DNA of 5,563 nt from a virus. Lineage: Duplodnaviria > Heunggongvirae > Uroviricota > Caudoviricetes. The notes under the pieces were generated by a model, which saw only the letters and a list, made by a program, of their open reading frames with translations, did not search any database and was not told the origin of the DNA. Shown here in pieces: positions 4,528 to 5,563 of the stretch (position 1 is its first letter; the number at the start of each line of letters is the position of its first letter). The DNA is taken from the IMG/VR virus record IMGVR_UViG_2617270980_000005. One strand, written 5' to 3'. The position numbers and the translations under genes were made by a program.

Positions 4528-5563
4528 ATGAGTAAAGTCTTTATTTGCGCCGCTATTCCTGACGAACTGGCAACAAGGGAAGAAGGCGCTGTGGCTGTAG
4601 CCACAGCCATTGAAGCTGGCGACGAACGCCGTGCTCGAGCAAAATTTCACTGGCAGTTCCTGGAACATTATCCGGCTGCTCAGGACTGCGCTTATAAATT
4701 TATTGTCTGCGAGGATAAACCTGGCATACCCCGCCCTGCCCTCGATTCATGGGATGCTGAATATATGCAGGAAAACCGCTGGGATGAGGAGTCTGCTTCT
4801 TTTGTCCCGGTTGAGACTGAATCCGATCCGATGAACGTCACTTTTGACAAGCTGGCCCCTGAAGTACAGAACGCTGTCATGGTTAAGTTCGACACATGTG
4901 AAAACATCACCGTTGATATGGTTATTAGCGCACAGGAATTGTTGCAGGAAGACATGGCAACATTCGACGGACATATCGTTGAAGCGTTGATGAAAATGCC
5001 AGAAGTTAACGCCATGTATCCGGAGCTTAAGTTGCACGCCATTGGGTGGGTTAAGCATAAATGTATTCCTGGTGCTAAATGGCCCGAAATTCAGGCAGAG
5101 ATGCGCATCTGGAAAAAACGTCGCGAAGGTGAACGCAAGGAAACCGGAAAATACACGTCTGTTGTTGATCTCGCCCGCGCCAAAGCCAATCAACAGTACA
5201 CTGAAAATTCAACAGGAAAAATCAGCCCGGTCATTGCTGCCATTCATCGCGAATACAAGCAGACATGGAAAACACTGGATGACGAACTGGCCTACGCTCT
5301 CTGGCCTGGTGATGTAGATGCCGGAAACATTGACAGCAGCATCCATCGCTGGGCAAAAAATGAAGTTATCGACAACGACCGCGAAGACTGGAAGCGTATC
5401 TCGGCATCAATGCGCAAACAGCCTGATGCCCTTCGCTACGACCGCCAGACTATTTTTGGCCTTGTCCGTGAACGTCCGATCGACATTCACAAAGACCCTG
5501 TGGCACTGAACAAATACATTACTGAATACCTGACTACAAAGGGCGTGTTTGAAGATGAAGGAA
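4528..5563 (+). CDS. ydfE: YdfE-like prophage protein, at least 345 aa, 3' end beyond the window; function unknown
   Basis: ATG 4528 with GAGG upstream (CATGAGGTTAAAACAAA ATG). I translated the frame codon by codon to position 5563 with no stop (MSKVFICAAIPDELATREEGAVAVATAIEAGDERRARAKFHWQFLEHYPAAQDCAYKF…KGVFEDEG). It is missing from the ORF track only because it has no stop in the window. N-terminus matches what I recall of YdfE. Confidence 0.85.
   Translation, partial: MSKVFICAAIPDELATREEGAVAVATAIEAGDERRARAKFHWQFLEHYPAAQDCAYKFIVCEDKPGIPRPALDSWDAEYMQENRWDEESASFVPVETESDPMNVTFDKLAPEVQNAVMVKFDTCENITVDMVISAQELLQEDMATFDGHIVEALMKMPEVNAMYPELKLHAIGWVKHKCIPGAKWPEIQAEMRIWKKRREGERKETGKYTSVVDLARAKANQQYTENSTGKISPVIAAIHREYKQTWKTLDDELAYALWPGDVDAGNIDSSIHRWAKNEVIDNDREDWKRISASMRKQPDALRYDRQTIFGLVRERPIDIHKDPVALNKYITEYLTTKGVFEDEG

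Noticed and set aside
4610-5509. ORFs 4610-4834 (+), 4692-5042 (-), 4747-5193 (-), 5042-5317 (+) and 5318-5509 (+)
   Set aside because: All lie inside the long YdfE-like frame (4528 onward) in alternative or antisense frames; the long frame has the RBS and protein-like composition.
1-5563. tRNA, rRNA or tmRNA genes and integrase or attachment sites
   Set aside because: No cloverleaf-compatible segments or rRNA-like stretches noticed; no integrase ORF in the window. The IS end at 283 is a transposon terminus, not a phage att site.

Overview
This window reads as the immunity/early region of a Qin-like (lambdoid, P22-type immunity) prophage of Escherichia/Shigella type, interrupted on the left by an IS3-family insertion sequence. 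Leftward (minus strand): partial IS with transposase OrfA (1-283), a phage gene truncated by the IS (284-459), an O-like replication initiator (500-1465) carrying a lambda-style iteron origin, a 173-aa protein in the cII position (1446-1967) and the Cro-like dicC (1951-2181). A divergent promoter/operator region with repeated dyads (2182-2264) separates these from the rightward operon: dicA repressor, a second operator/promoter (PdicB), ydfA, a long ydfB-like ORF, a structured leader, dicF sRNA, dicB, ydfD and a long ydfE-like ORF that runs off the window end. Most of this is recognisable biology and I do not see a clearly new multi-gene system. The least-explained parts are the 2996-3571 region (three competing frames, including an antisense ORF that looks like a small membrane protein), the ~260-nt structured RNA upstream of dicF, and the uncharacterised 173-aa and YdfE-like proteins. 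All identifications are from reading the sequence and recalling protein and RNA families; no database search was run.
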